A stretch of DNA of 64,000 bases from Longimicrobiales bacterium (GCA_965219445.1 CBDCNQ010000005.1:96001-160000); one strand, 5' to 3'; positions 10,287 through 20,335 are shown, counted from the stretch's first letter. The notes: a model not told the origin generated them from the sequence alone. Made by a program: numbers and translations.

Positions 10287-10315
10287 TTGACACGATTAGG
10301 AGGCTCCGATACCTT
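10287..10315 (+). promoter_or_regulatory. Putative sigma-70 promoter of the ACIII operon
   Basis: TTGACA (10287-10292), a 17-bp spacer, then TACCTT (10310-10315), preceded by an AT-rich tract. Confidence 0.6.
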
Positions 10316-10382
10316 CCCCGCCGTTTGGACCAAGAAAATCCTACACTCTCCCACCCCCATCCGCACGGCTGTGTAAGTGTAT

Positions 10383-10925
10383 ATGACGAAGCGATGGATA
10401 GGTGCATCCGTCGTCGCTCTCACGCTCCTGGGTTCACCCGTGTTGGTACGAGCTCAGGACAGTGGTGTAGCGGTGGAGGTCACCGACGGCGAGGACGCCC
10501 TGGTCCAGCCGATCGCATTCCCCCATACGATTCACGCCGGCGTGGACCAGATCGACTGCCAGTACTGCCACTTCTCGGCGGAGCGGTCCGTAGATGCCGG
10601 TATTCCGCCGGTCGGGACCTGCATGGGCTGCCACCTCATCATCGGCGGGACCGATCAGCGGCAGCAGGCGGAGATCCAGAAGCTCCGGGACTACTCGGCG
10701 AATCAGGAGCCGATTCCGTGGATTCGGATCTACAAGGTCGCAGACCACGTCCACTTCCCGCACATGAGGCACATTGCCGCCGAGGTCGACTGTGCGACCT
10801 GCCATGGGGAGGTCCAGGAGATGACCGTTATCGAGGAGGTCAATCAGCCCCTTGCGATGGGGTGGTGCGTCAGTTGCCATGTTGAGCGGGGCGCCTCTCG
10901 GGACTGCGCTGTCTGCCATTACTGA
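10383..10925 (+). CDS. actA: ACIII pentaheme cytochrome c subunit (ActA-like)
   Basis: Five CxxCH motifs (CQYCH, CMGCH, CATCH, CVSCH, CAVCH), plus QPIAFPH.IH and HVHFPH.RH. First gene of the operon. Confidence 0.9.
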   Translation: MTKRWIGASVVALTLLGSPVLVRAQDSGVAVEVTDGEDALVQPIAFPHTIHAGVDQIDCQYCHFSAERSVDAGIPPVGTCMGCHLIIGGTDQRQQAEIQKLRDYSANQEPIPWIRIYKVADHVHFPHMRHIAAEVDCATCHGEVQEMTVIEEVNQPLAMGWCVSCHVERGASRDCAVCHY

Positions 10926-10943
10926 TTCCGAAAGCCAACCGAT

Positions 10944-13900
10944 ATGACCGACGGACTTAAGAGACGGGACTTCCTGAAAGTTTTAGGCGCCAGTGGCACG
11001 GGTGCCGGCGTGTGGGGCTGCTCGACCGAGAAGGTCGAGAGGCTGATGCCGTACGTGGTGCCTCCGGAAGAAATCACCCCGGGCGTTGCTACGTGGTACA
11101 CGACAGTGTGTGGAGAGTGCGAGGCCGGCTGCGGGATGTGGGCACGCACACGGGAGGGGCGTGTCGTGAAGGTGGAGGGCAACCCCCAGCATCCCGTGTC
11201 GGCGGGGTCGCTTTGCTCACGCGGCCATTCGAGTCTCCAGGGACTCTACAATCCTGATCGCTTTACCGGTCCGATGCTCCGGCAGGGCGAGCAGCTCCAG
11301 CCGATTTCCTGGGACGACGCGGAGCAGATGGTTGCGGATCGCCTGTTGGCTACGGACGAGTACTACCTGTTTACGGGATTTGCGGGTCCTTCCCTGACGG
11401 GTCTGATGTCCGACTTCACCGGGACGACTGGCGGGCAGGTCGTTCGGTACGACCCCCTGGCCGAGGCACCGCTTCGTGAGGCGAGTCGGATCGCCTTCGG
11501 GCGAGACGTGGTTCCCTGGTACGACTTGGAGGAGGCCCGCTTCCTGGTTTCGTTCGGTGCGGATTTCCTGGAGAGTTGGCTTTCGCCCGTTCGAGACGGA
11601 CGGGGATTCGCACGCATGAGCGGCGTGGATGAGGAAGGCGGTAAGGGCCGCTTCGCGTTCGTGGGATCTCGCCTCTCCCTGACCGGGCAAAACGCCGATG
11701 ATTGGCTACCTATCCAGCCTGGGAGTGAGGCTTTGGTGGCACTCGCGATGGCCAACGTCGTGGCTGGCGGCGGAACCAGCGCTGGGCCCTACCGCAATAT
11801 CGTGGCAAGGTATACTCCCGAGAACGTTGCAGGCACCGTGGGCGTCGACGCTGAGAGTATCCGCGAACTCGCCGAGCGGTTTGAGGATGGGCCGAGCCTG
11901 GCGCTGGGCCCGGGGACTGCCGGGCTGCATCGCGGTGCCACAGCCGCCAACGTGGCGGTAGCGATCTTGAATGCCGTCGCCGGTAACGTCGGGCGCACGG
12001 TCCATTACGACGCTCCTCAGCTCGACGCTCCGTCGGCCGGCTTCGCTCCGATGCAGCAGGCCGTCGAGGCCATGCGCGGAGGTCAGGTGGGTGCAGTGCT
12101 CGTTCACGGGAGCAATCCCGCTTATGCCTTGCCCGCCTCGTCTGGATTCCGGGAGGCGTTCGGCAGCGTGCCCTTCAAGGTGTCGTTCGCATCTGCGATG
12201 GACGAGACGGCTGCGGAGGCGGATCTGATCCTTCCGGATCGGCATTTCCTCGAGTCGTGGGGGGACACGTCGTCCCGCCCCGGCCAGTGGACGGTCCGGC
12301 AGCCGACGATGCGGCCGGTTCCCCATTTCGATTCGAAACAAACCGGGGATGTGCTTCTCTCGGTTGCGACCCGAATAGGACAGGGGCTGGGGTCGGAGAC
12401 GTTCTACGATCACCTACGTGGCCGCTGGGCTGACCTTGCAGCCGCCGCCGGGGTGGCCGACGCCGATGCCTTCTGGCACGAGTCGCTTCGAACGGGGGTC
12501 GCGCAGGTCGGGACCACCCCGTCCGGTGCGACGGAGACACTTCGCCAACCGGACCGCGGTCTCGTGTTTGATCCGCCTGCTTTCGACGGGGCGGGCGATG
12601 TACATCTCATGGTGTACCCCTCCGCTCGGTACGGTGATGGCGCTCTGAATGCCAATCGGCCCTGGCTACAGGAGTTGCCGGATCCAGTGAGCAAGATCAC
12701 CTGGCATTCGTGGGTCGAGATGCATCCGAACCGTGCGGAGGCTCTCGGCGTTAGAAACGGAGATGTGGTCGTACTGTCCACGGAGCACGGGTCGGTCGAA
12801 GCACCTGTTTGGACGTACCCCGGAATCCGTGAGGACGTCATCGCGGTGCCCATGGGCGGTGGCCATACGAGCGCAGGACGTTTCGCCGACGGAAACGGTG
12901 TCAACGCACTGGACCTTCTCCCGAGCGAGGCCGAAGCCCTCTCGGGCGGGTTGGTGCACTTCGTGATGAGGGTGGACGTGGCGCCGACTAGCCGCCGCCG
13001 GCCTCTCGCATCGATCTCCGGCTCAGACTCGCAGAGCAATCGGCCCATTACTCCTGCTGTGGCTCTCTCGGGCCTCGGTGCGGAGGCCGTGGGAGGCGAG
13101 GAGGAAGACCACGGTCCGCTGCAGGAGATTCAGGGGGTCGGAGGGTTCGTGCCCGTCGAGACTGAGGGTCGCGCCGAGGACTTTCCGCTCGAGGGCTCTC
13201 GCCACGGTGAGTACGGAGAGGAAGATGAGCCCCGGTGGGCGATGACCATCGACCTGGACAAGTGCACCGGCTGTAGTGCCTGCGTGACGGCGTGCCAGGC
13301 CGAGAACAATGTGCCCTGGGTAGGCGAGGGGCAGGTCACGATGGGCCGCGATATGGGGTGGATCCGTTTGGAGCGCTATTACGAGGCGGTGGACGCGAGC
13401 CTTGCGGGACCGTTAGACGTCCGTTTCCTGCCGATGATTTGCCAGCACTGCGGAAACGCACCGTGCGAGCCTGTGTGCCCGGTTTTCGCTACGTATCACA
13501 CGCCCGACGGACTCAACGCGCAGATCTACAACCGCTGTGTCGGGACGCGGTATTGCCTGAACAACTGCCCGTATAAAGTCCGGGTATACAACTGGTATAC
13601 GTATACGGGCGAGGAGCCGGTGCGAGAGGGCCTTGGCCACATGCCGGAGCCGCTCAATTGGCAGCTGAATCCCGATGTGACCGTCCGTGAAAACGGGATC
13701 ATGGAGAAGTGCTCCTTCTGCATCCATCGGATTCGGGAGCACCAGGACCGGGCGGCCGTGGAGGGCAGCACGATCACGGATGGCCAGATCATCCCGGCGT
13801 GTCAGCAGAGCTGTCCGGCTGAGGCGATCGTGTTCGGCAACATCCGTGACTCCAGTTCGCGCGTCGCGCAGGCCTCACGCGATGAGCGTGCGTACCGCGT

Positions 13901-13985
13901 GCTGGACGAACTCGTGAATACGCAGCCGGCGGTGAGCTACTTGAAGAAGGTGACGTTCCACGAAGTGGATTCCGGGGAGCATTGA
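10944..13985 (+). CDS. actB: ACIII ActB-like subunit: molybdopterin-oxidoreductase-like domain fused to a multi-[Fe-S] domain, Tat lipoprotein
   Basis: KRRDFLK plus lipobox VWGC. Motifs EGNPQHP and NRPWLQELPDPVSKITW. C-terminal Cys motifs CTGCSACVTAC, CQHCGNAPCEPVCP, CVGTRYCLNNCP and CSFC...ACQQSCP. Confidence 0.92.
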   Translation: MTDGLKRRDFLKVLGASGTGAGVWGCSTEKVERLMPYVVPPEEITPGVATWYTTVCGECEAGCGMWARTREGRVVKVEGNPQHPVSAGSLCSRGHSSLQGLYNPDRFTGPMLRQGEQLQPISWDDAEQMVADRLLATDEYYLFTGFAGPSLTGLMSDFTGTTGGQVVRYDPLAEAPLREASRIAFGRDVVPWYDLEEARFLVSFGADFLESWLSPVRDGRGFARMSGVDEEGGKGRFAFVGSRLSLTGQNADDWLPIQPGSEALVALAMANVVAGGGTSAGPYRNIVARYTPENVAGTVGVDAESIRELAERFEDGPSLALGPGTAGLHRGATAANVAVAILNAVAGNVGRTVHYDAPQLDAPSAGFAPMQQAVEAMRGGQVGAVLVHGSNPAYALPASSGFREAFGSVPFKVSFASAMDETAAEADLILPDRHFLESWGDTSSRPGQWTVRQPTMRPVPHFDSKQTGDVLLSVATRIGQGLGSETFYDHLRGRWADLAAAAGVADADAFWHESLRTGVAQVGTTPSGATETLRQPDRGLVFDPPAFDGAGDVHLMVYPSARYGDGALNANRPWLQELPDPVSKITWHSWVEMHPNRAEALGVRNGDVVVLSTEHGSVEAPVWTYPGIREDVIAVPMGGGHTSAGRFADGNGVNALDLLPSEAEALSGGLVHFVMRVDVAPTSRRRPLASISGSDSQSNRPITPAVALSGLGAEAVGGEEEDHGPLQEIQGVGGFVPVETEGRAEDFPLEGSRHGEYGEEDEPRWAMTIDLDKCTGCSACVTACQAENNVPWVGEGQVTMGRDMGWIRLERYYEAVDASLAGPLDVRFLPMICQHCGNAPCEPVCPVFATYHTPDGLNAQIYNRCVGTRYCLNNCPYKVRVYNWYTYTGEEPVREGLGHMPEPLNWQLNPDVTVRENGIMEKCSFCIHRIREHQDRAAVEGSTITDGQIIPACQQSCPAEAIVFGNIRDSSSRVAQASRDERAYRVLDELVNTQPAVSYLKKVTFHEVDSGEH

Positions 13986-15373
13986 TGAGTACCGCGACCG
14001 AAGTAGAGCGCGGAGCGCTCGCCCACCCGGACCTCCAATCGCTCGACGAGGTCAACCGCGACATTCTGAAGGCCCTCGGACGTCCCGGCCGGGTTTGGTG
14101 GGCGCTCCTAGCGTTGACGATCGGCGTGATGGGGCTCGGAGGGTACTCTTGGTGGACGCAGATCTGGGACGGCATCGGCGTCACCGGGCTCACCAGTCCG
14201 GTAGGCTGGGGCGTCTACATCACCACCTTCGTGTTCTGGGTCGGTATCGCACACTCGGGGACGCTGATCTCTGCGATCCTCTTTCTGTTCCGTGCGCCAT
14301 GGCGCCAGTCTATCTACCGTGCGGCCGAAGCGATGACGGTGTTCGCGGTCATGACGGCGGGCCTGTTCCCGCTCATCCACGTGGGGCGGGTGTGGCACGC
14401 ATACTGGCTCATCCCGTATCCGAACAGCCGGTTTCTTTGGCCGAACTTCCGTTCTCCATTGGTGTGGGACGTCTTCGCCGTGACGACGTATTTTACGGTC
14501 TCGGCGGTCTTCTTCTACCTGGGTGCCGTTCCGGATCTGGCGGCTGCGCGGGACGCGGCGAAGGGCTTGCGGAAGAAGCTCTACAAGGTCATCTCGCTCG
14601 GTTGGCGTGGGACGGACCGCGAGTGGCATCACTTTGGCAAGGCGTACATTTTCCTGGCCGCGTTGGCGACGCCTCTGGTCCTTTCCGTCCACTCTGTGGT
14701 GTCCTGGGACTTCGCGGTAGCCATCGTGCCCGGCTGGCACGCCACGATTTTCGCTCCGTACTTCGTGGCCGGGGCCATCTTCTCGGGCATTGCGATGGTG
14801 ATCACGCTGACGGTTCCGCTCCGCAAGGCTTTTGGGCTCGAGGCGTACCTCACGACAAAGCACTTCGACGCTATGGCGAAGCTGTGCTTGCTGACGTCGA
14901 TGATCGTATTTTACGCCTACCTCTCCGAGTTCTTCATGGCGTGGTACAGCGGTGAAGAGGTGGAGCGGGCAGCCTTCTGGGCGCGCCTATTCGGCCAATA
15001 CTGGTGGGCCGCTTGGATCATGCTCGTCTGCAACGGCATGGTTCCCGTCATGCTCTGGTTCAAGAGAGTTCGGTATTCGATTCCCGCGCTGTTTGTGATC
15101 TCGCTTTTCGTCAATATCGGTATGTGGTTCGAGCGGTACGTGATCATCGTCACTTCGCTCCACCACGAGTACGAGCCGTTCGCCTGGGGCGTCTATCGTC
15201 CCTCGACGGTGGAGATGGGTATCTTGGCGGGGAGCTTCGCATGGTTCGGGTTCTGGTTCCTGCTCTTCACGCGGTTGATTCCGCCGGTCGCCATCGCCGA
15301 ACTCAAGGAAGTGCTGCCCACGCCGATGCGACGAGCCACCTTGGGCACAGGTATGCGAGGGGGTTACCAATGA
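13985..15373 (+). CDS. actC: ACIII ActC, NrfD/PsrC-family quinol-binding membrane subunit
   Basis: Motifs WGVYITTFVFWVGIAHSGTLISAIL, RAAEAMT, NFRSPLVWD, VHSVVSWDF and GMWFER. Confidence 0.95.
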   Translation: MSTATEVERGALAHPDLQSLDEVNRDILKALGRPGRVWWALLALTIGVMGLGGYSWWTQIWDGIGVTGLTSPVGWGVYITTFVFWVGIAHSGTLISAILFLFRAPWRQSIYRAAEAMTVFAVMTAGLFPLIHVGRVWHAYWLIPYPNSRFLWPNFRSPLVWDVFAVTTYFTVSAVFFYLGAVPDLAAARDAAKGLRKKLYKVISLGWRGTDREWHHFGKAYIFLAALATPLVLSVHSVVSWDFAVAIVPGWHATIFAPYFVAGAIFSGIAMVITLTVPLRKAFGLEAYLTTKHFDAMAKLCLLTSMIVFYAYLSEFFMAWYSGEEVERAAFWARLFGQYWWAAWIMLVCNGMVPVMLWFKRVRYSIPALFVISLFVNIGMWFERYVIIVTSLHHEYEPFAWGVYRPSTVEMGILAGSFAWFGFWFLLFTRLIPPVAIAELKEVLPTPMRRATLGTGMRGGYQ

Positions 15374-16011
15374 GCGGCACGGTGCGCCTCCTGGTGAGTC
15401 CTAACGCTCGAAGGGCGTGGGTCGGCGCGTTGCTCATCGCGTCGGGGGCCTGTTCGCCCTTTGACGACGCGATGGCGAATATCTTCGGCCGTCACATGCG
15501 TGACTCGAGGTCGTTCGATCCGTACGAGAATACGATCGCGCCGCCCGAAAATAGTGTGCCTTTCGCTTCTGGAAACAACACCCCGGGACGGGCCCGGCTG
15601 AACACGGGGCAGCCCGAAGTGGGGCTCATGCCGGCGCCATTTGCTCAGGCGGATCTGCTCAGCCCCGTGGTGCAGAACCTCCCGAACCCGGTTCCGTCCG
15701 ATCAGGCATCGCTCGAACGTGGTGAGGTACTCTTCGACCGAATTTGCGCGGTCTGTCATGGGCCGGCGGGCGTGGGAGCTCAGGCCAACATCATCGACAA
15801 ATATCCGTTGCTGATTGCGTACGACCTTTCGGGTCCGGTCGTGGCTGGATACAGCGACGGCCACATTTACGGGATCATGCGAGTCGGCCGAGGGAACATG
15901 CCCCCTTACGGGCACCAAATCAGTCATTTCGACCGCTGGAACATCGTGAACTATGTCCGCTTGTTACAAAGCCAGGCCGGCAATCCCCCGGCGGGCGCGG
16001 GGGCGGAGTAG
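15370..16011 (+). CDS. actE: ACIII ActE monoheme cytochrome c lipoprotein
   Basis: Lipobox ASGAC, CAVCHG, GRGNMPPYG (Met ligand) and DRWNIVNYVR. The ATG overlaps the actC stop (ATGA). Confidence 0.85.
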   Translation: MSGTVRLLVSPNARRAWVGALLIASGACSPFDDAMANIFGRHMRDSRSFDPYENTIAPPENSVPFASGNNTPGRARLNTGQPEVGLMPAPFAQADLLSPVVQNLPNPVPSDQASLERGEVLFDRICAVCHGPAGVGAQANIIDKYPLLIAYDLSGPVVAGYSDGHIYGIMRVGRGNMPPYGHQISHFDRWNIVNYVRLLQSQAGNPPAGAGAE

Positions 16012-16015
16012 CCCG

Positions 16016-17323
16016 ATGAGTAATATTCACCTCCCCTCCGATATTCCCATTCGGTATCTCCCGCGCTCCAAGAAGGCGGATGCGCTTTTCCTCGGGATGT
16101 TCGTGGTCGGCCTCGCGGGTTTCGTCTTCTCCCTGACTACCGATGCCGATCGGGCGTGGCAGTCGTACGTCTCGAATTGGCTCTTCTTCACGAACATTGC
16201 CATGGGAGCGATGCTGCTCACCGTAGTGACTTGGATCACGAAGGCGAAGTGGAACTGGTCGGTTCGCCGGGTGAGCCTCGCGTTCGTGGCATTCCTTCCC
16301 GTCTCGTTCGTGATGCTTTTGCCGATGCTCGGGCTCGGCGAGTCGTATTTTCCGTGGATCGCGGAGATGGCAGAGGATCCGATCCTCCAAAGGAAAGCAG
16401 CCTATCTCAACATGCCGTTTCTCTTGACCAGGAACGTGGTCGGGGCCCTCGTCCTTTTCGGGGCTTCGCTCTACTTCGCCTACCTGGCCCTGAGACCGGA
16501 TATGGGCTTGACCAGGGGACACGACGAATCCGACACCCGCCGGGACGTGTGGCGCGAGCGTCTCACGCAGGGATGGCTTGGCCAGGAGGTGGAGGAAGTC
16601 GTTTCCTACCGGCGCCTGACGCGTATCGGTCCGGCGTTCGTGATCATATACGCGATCGTGATGAGCATCCTCTCGTACGACTGGGTGATGTCGCTCGAGC
16701 CCCACTGGTTCTCCACGATGATGGGCCCCTGGTTCTTCATGGGCGCGTTCTGGAGTGGCATCGCGGCCACGGCAGTTTCGGTGACCCTCCTGAAGAGGGG
16801 CGACGGCTTGCTGAACAAGGCGATGGGCCGCCAACAACTCCATGATCTCGGTAAACTCACCTTCGCTTTTTGCGTGTTCTGGGCCTACCTGTTCTTCGCC
16901 CAATATCTGGTCATTTGGTACGGAAAACTCCCTTGGGAACAGGCCTGGATCATCCACCGGGCTGACGAGCCCTGGGGCAAATGGTCGGCGCTCTTGATCG
17001 TGATGTGCTTCGTGATTCCGTTTGCGGGTTTGATCGGTCGGAAGGCGAAGATGAACCCCATGGTCTTTCGGTCCGTCGCGTTCGTGCTACTCGCTGGGCT
17101 GTGGTTGGAAAAGCACCTCATGGTGGCGCCGTCGATCCGCCGCCCTGACACTGCGACGTTGGGCGCAACAGAGCTGCTCGTGGCGCTCATGTACCTGGGG
17201 ATCTTCGTGTATGCCGTCCGGTGGTTCCTTTCCACCTTTCCGCTCATCCAGATGTGGCAACCCATGGTGGATCCGGAGACCTTCGAGGTGGAGATGGCCG
17301 CTTCCGGGATGCCGTCCGCGTGA
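16016..17323 (+). CDS. actF: ACIII ActF membrane subunit
   Basis: Multi-TM protein with DWVMSLEPHWFST and HDLGKLTFAF..FWAYLFFAQYLVIWYG.LP.E. Confidence 0.92.
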   Translation: MSNIHLPSDIPIRYLPRSKKADALFLGMFVVGLAGFVFSLTTDADRAWQSYVSNWLFFTNIAMGAMLLTVVTWITKAKWNWSVRRVSLAFVAFLPVSFVMLLPMLGLGESYFPWIAEMAEDPILQRKAAYLNMPFLLTRNVVGALVLFGASLYFAYLALRPDMGLTRGHDESDTRRDVWRERLTQGWLGQEVEEVVSYRRLTRIGPAFVIIYAIVMSILSYDWVMSLEPHWFSTMMGPWFFMGAFWSGIAATAVSVTLLKRGDGLLNKAMGRQQLHDLGKLTFAFCVFWAYLFFAQYLVIWYGKLPWEQAWIIHRADEPWGKWSALLIVMCFVIPFAGLIGRKAKMNPMVFRSVAFVLLAGLWLEKHLMVAPSIRRPDTATLGATELLVALMYLGIFVYAVRWFLSTFPLIQMWQPMVDPETFEVEMAASGMPSA

Positions 17324-17328
17324 TATAG

Positions 17329-17348
17329 CGGCCGCCTTCGGGCGGCTG
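17329..17348. terminator. GC hairpin with UUCG loop between convergent genes
   Basis: GCCGCC-TTCG-GGCGGC lies just after the actF stop. There is no U-tract. Confidence 0.45.
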
Positions 17349-17386
17349 GGCCTCTGAGGTGCTTCAGATCCAGCAGATCCTACGCG

Positions 17387-18870
17387 TCAGCTTTTGGCGG
17401 CCTTGTTCTCGTACATGTTTCGGTCAGCGGCCTGGATGAGTTCATCGACGCCCACGGTCTGGCCAGCCTTGAACTCCGCCACACCAGAGCTCATCGTGAC
17501 TCCGTGAGACGCGAGCACGCGGTGTGCGCTAAGGCCCTCGTGGATCCGCGCAAGGTAGCCCTGGGCGCTCCGCCGATCTCCATCGGACAGGACTGAAACG
17601 AACTCGTCGCCGCCGTATCGCGCGACCATGTTCATGGCCCGGTTCTCGTGAGCGAGCACCTCGGCGAAAGCCCTCAGGATCTGATCCCCAACGACGTGGC
17701 CGAGGGTGTCGTTGTAGTGTTTGAACGAGTCCAGGTCAAACAGAACGAGGACCAGTTTCCTGCCGCGCCGAGCCGCAGCGATCTCTCGCTCCAGGTGAAC
17801 TTGGAATGCCGGCGGTTGGATAATCCAGTCAAGGCGTCGGTTAGCGAGAGCGCCTGGATGCTGGCGTGCAATTCCGCGTTATCCAGCGCCGCGGAAGCTT
17901 GTGCCGCCAACCGGCCCAACATTCGCACTTCATCCTCGGTGAACCGCCTCACCTTCTTGGATCGGGCCGAGAGCGCGCCGACGATGCGGGCACCTACCTT
18001 GATCGGGGTCATGACGGTGCTTCCGGATTGGAAGCTACTCCGAATGATGTCTGAAACGTTGCCCTCGGCGGCGGCGTCCTCGATGTAGAACGGCTTGCCA
18101 TTGACCATCAATCTGTCGGTGACGGCGTCCGAGAGGGGCCAGGTGGTTCCGACGGGAACGAGGATTTCCCCTGTGGACGTTCGCACCGTCGCACTGCCGT
18201 CCTCATGGGTCCAAACCCCGGCGCCGTCTAAATCGAGAAGGTCCATCGCTGCCTCTGAGACTCGCTCAAGGACCTCCTCGAAGTCGAGGGAACTCGCCAA
18301 AACACGGCCCATCTCTTCCAGCTTTTCGGCTTCATGGGACCGCCGCTGCAGCTCTTCGACACGACGCATGTTCTCCAGGGCGACTGCCGCGAGATCGGCC
18401 ACGCGTCCCAACAGTTCGGAGTCGGCGGCTTCATATGCGTCGGCACGAGCCGCGTAGACCGCTAGAGCGCCGATCACCCGGTTTCTCCACAGGAGGGGGA
18501 CGGAGAGGGTCGACCGGACCACGGCGGACCCACCGTCCTCGGGGAACGGGACCGCGTCGGCGTCAGTCTGGTCCTCGATGGCTGTCGGGGTGCCCGTCCG
18601 AAGGACTTCGCTGTCGGAGCCACGGTACGTGAGTCCAGAGTTGCTCTCCCTGCCATCGTCGACGCTGAAGACGACCGTGGCGATATCGCTCCGATCGTCA
18701 TAGATGGAGAGCAAGAATCCCGTGAGTCCGACTACCTTGGCGGTCTCGACGTAGATCGTACGATAGAGTTCACACGAATTCGAGCTGTCGAGGAACGTGC
18801 GACCCAGGCCCAGCAAAATACGATATCGTTCGGCAAGCGGTACGGTAACGGCCGGCTCGGGTGAGTTCAT
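17387..18870 (-). pseudogene. Tandem-GAF diguanylate cyclase (GGDEF), frameshifted
   Basis: Two GAF-like domains, then LTDALTGLSNRRH. The continuation (QVHLEREIAAARRG...FDLDSFKHYNDTLGH.VGD...ARYGGDEF) is in another frame, consistent with one missing base near 17803-17806. Confidence 0.85.
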
Positions 18871-19044
18871 AGCGGGGGGGCCTTAAAGGCCGCGGGAGGG
18901 GCCAGAAAGAGTTGTCCCTTTTCCGCGGAAGCATGTTGACTACGTCACTGGTCATCAAGATAGGCGCAAATGGGGGAGGTTTCCAGGTAACAAACGGCTC
19001 CCGGAGCCGATGGTCGAACGGGCCTCAGAGATGGGAGCGCGGTC

Positions 19045-19827
19045 TCAGGAGCGCTTCCGAAGCGGAGTGCGCGGCTCACTCGCCTCCGGCTCTCGGTCGA
19101 AATACCGCTCCATCTCGAAGCCCATGGCACGTACCAAGCGTGCTTCCCGGAGATCCGGATCGGCCCGCGACAGGACGGTACGCAAAAGGCGCATGACGCT
19201 TTCGGGGTGCCGGTCCCCTTTGAAAAAGTCGATTCGATGCAACCCCCGGTCGAGGGCGTCGTACATCTCCTCGAGGTCTTTCTGCGTCGCGGGTCCCTGG
19301 TCCCGCTTGCCCCGTGGTAGAGGGGCGTTCTCGGAGGCTACGAGGTAGATCTCGTAACAAAGAACGAGGCAGGCCTGCGCCAGATTGAGACTGGGATATT
19401 CAGGGGCCGTCGGCACGATAGCCACGGCCTGACAGAGGTCGAGTCCTTCGTTGGTGAGCCCCCGATCTTCTCTCCCGAATACCAAGGCGACGAGGCCCCT
19501 GGCGGTGCTTTCGATGACTCTGGGCGCGACCTCCCGGGGCCTGTCATAATTACGCTGCGCGGTCCGGGGGCGAGCGCTGGTCCCGACACTGAGCACCACG
19601 TCGGACAAGGCGTCCTGGAGGGTGGCGTACGTCTGTGCCGCGTGCGTCAGATCCTCGCTTCGATGGGCGATACCACCGATCCGGTACGCGTCGAAGTCGT
19701 CCGGGTTCACCAGGCGCAACTTGGACAGACCCATGTTCATCATGACGCGGACGACGCCGGCGATATTTACGACGTCCTTGGGCTCATCCAACACGATGAC
19801 GACGTTGTCGAGGGCCGCCGTCTCCAT
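19045..19827 (-). CDS. trmJ: SPOUT RNA methyltransferase, TrmJ/LasT family
   Basis: Motifs VLDEPKDVVNIAGVVRVM, GTSAR, VFGREDRGLTNE and YPSLNLAQA. Confidence 0.85.
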   Translation of the reverse strand: METAALDNVVIVLDEPKDVVNIAGVVRVMMNMGLSKLRLVNPDDFDAYRIGGIAHRSEDLTHAAQTYATLQDALSDVVLSVGTSARPRTAQRNYDRPREVAPRVIESTARGLVALVFGREDRGLTNEGLDLCQAVAIVPTAPEYPSLNLAQACLVLCYEIYLVASENAPLPRGKRDQGPATQKDLEEMYDALDRGLHRIDFFKGDRHPESVMRLLRTVLSRADPDLREARLVRAMGFEMERYFDREPEASEPRTPLRKRS

Positions 19828-19839
19828 CAGGTGGGCCAA

Positions 19840-20142
19840 GAAGGCAGTCGAGGAAGTACAGTGGGCCGCGTTGCGGATGCCACGGCCTCAGATCCTAGGC
19901 GGAGCGACGACGCCATAGCCCTAGCTACGGTTAGGAGCTCCAACAACGGAGATGAGGCCGTGCCACCGCAACCCTTCAACGTGTAAGGTCATGCCCTTCA
20001 TGTTCGTGGGCACAGGGCGGTTGTGCGGTTGATCCTGCGTCTCTCCTCCTCGCCGTAGCGCTGCTACGCCTCGTCGTCGTTCCTTGTCTGAACGCGCACA
20101 AGCGCCCTGTGCGCGACCCGCTGTACTTCCTCGACTGCCTTC
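19840..20142. repeat. 303-bp non-coding element with terminal inverted repeats and two internal hairpin arms (MITE/structured-RNA-like)
   Basis: Perfect 22-bp inverted repeat GAAGGCAGTCGAGGAAGTACAG (19840-19861 / 20121-20142). Arm stems at 19871-19890/19953-19971 and 20011-20027/20095-20111. Confidence 0.8.
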
Positions 20143-20335
20143 AGGACCTATCGTGGTCCGGGGGCTCCTCGAGCGTGCGGTCGCTGGGGGGCTCGTCGTT
20201 TTTACCGAGCGCGCCCTTGAAGTTCCGAATGCCCTCTCCGAGGCCGCGACCGATCACGGGAATCTTCTTCGCCCCGAAGAAAAACATCACGATCAGGAGG
20301 ATCAGCCCGATCTCCCAGATTCCGAGGCCGGTCAT
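20141..20335 (-). CDS. tatA: Twin-arginine translocase TatA/E subunit
   Basis: GLGIWEIGLILLIVMFFFGAKKIP.IGRGLGEGIRNFK. Confidence 0.95.
   Translation of the reverse strand: MTGLGIWEIGLILLIVMFFFGAKKIPVIGRGLGEGIRNFKGALGKNDEPPSDRTLEEPPDHDRS

Noticed and set aside
15004..15369. N-terminal extension of ORF 15004-16011 as a fused ActD
   Set aside because: It overlaps actC in another frame and is Arg-rich shadow sequence without TM helices.
17800..17810. Programmed frameshifting in the GGDEF gene (also considered at 26645 and 57481)
   Set aside because: No slippery heptamer or long homopolymer is present. Simple indels or sequencing errors are more likely.
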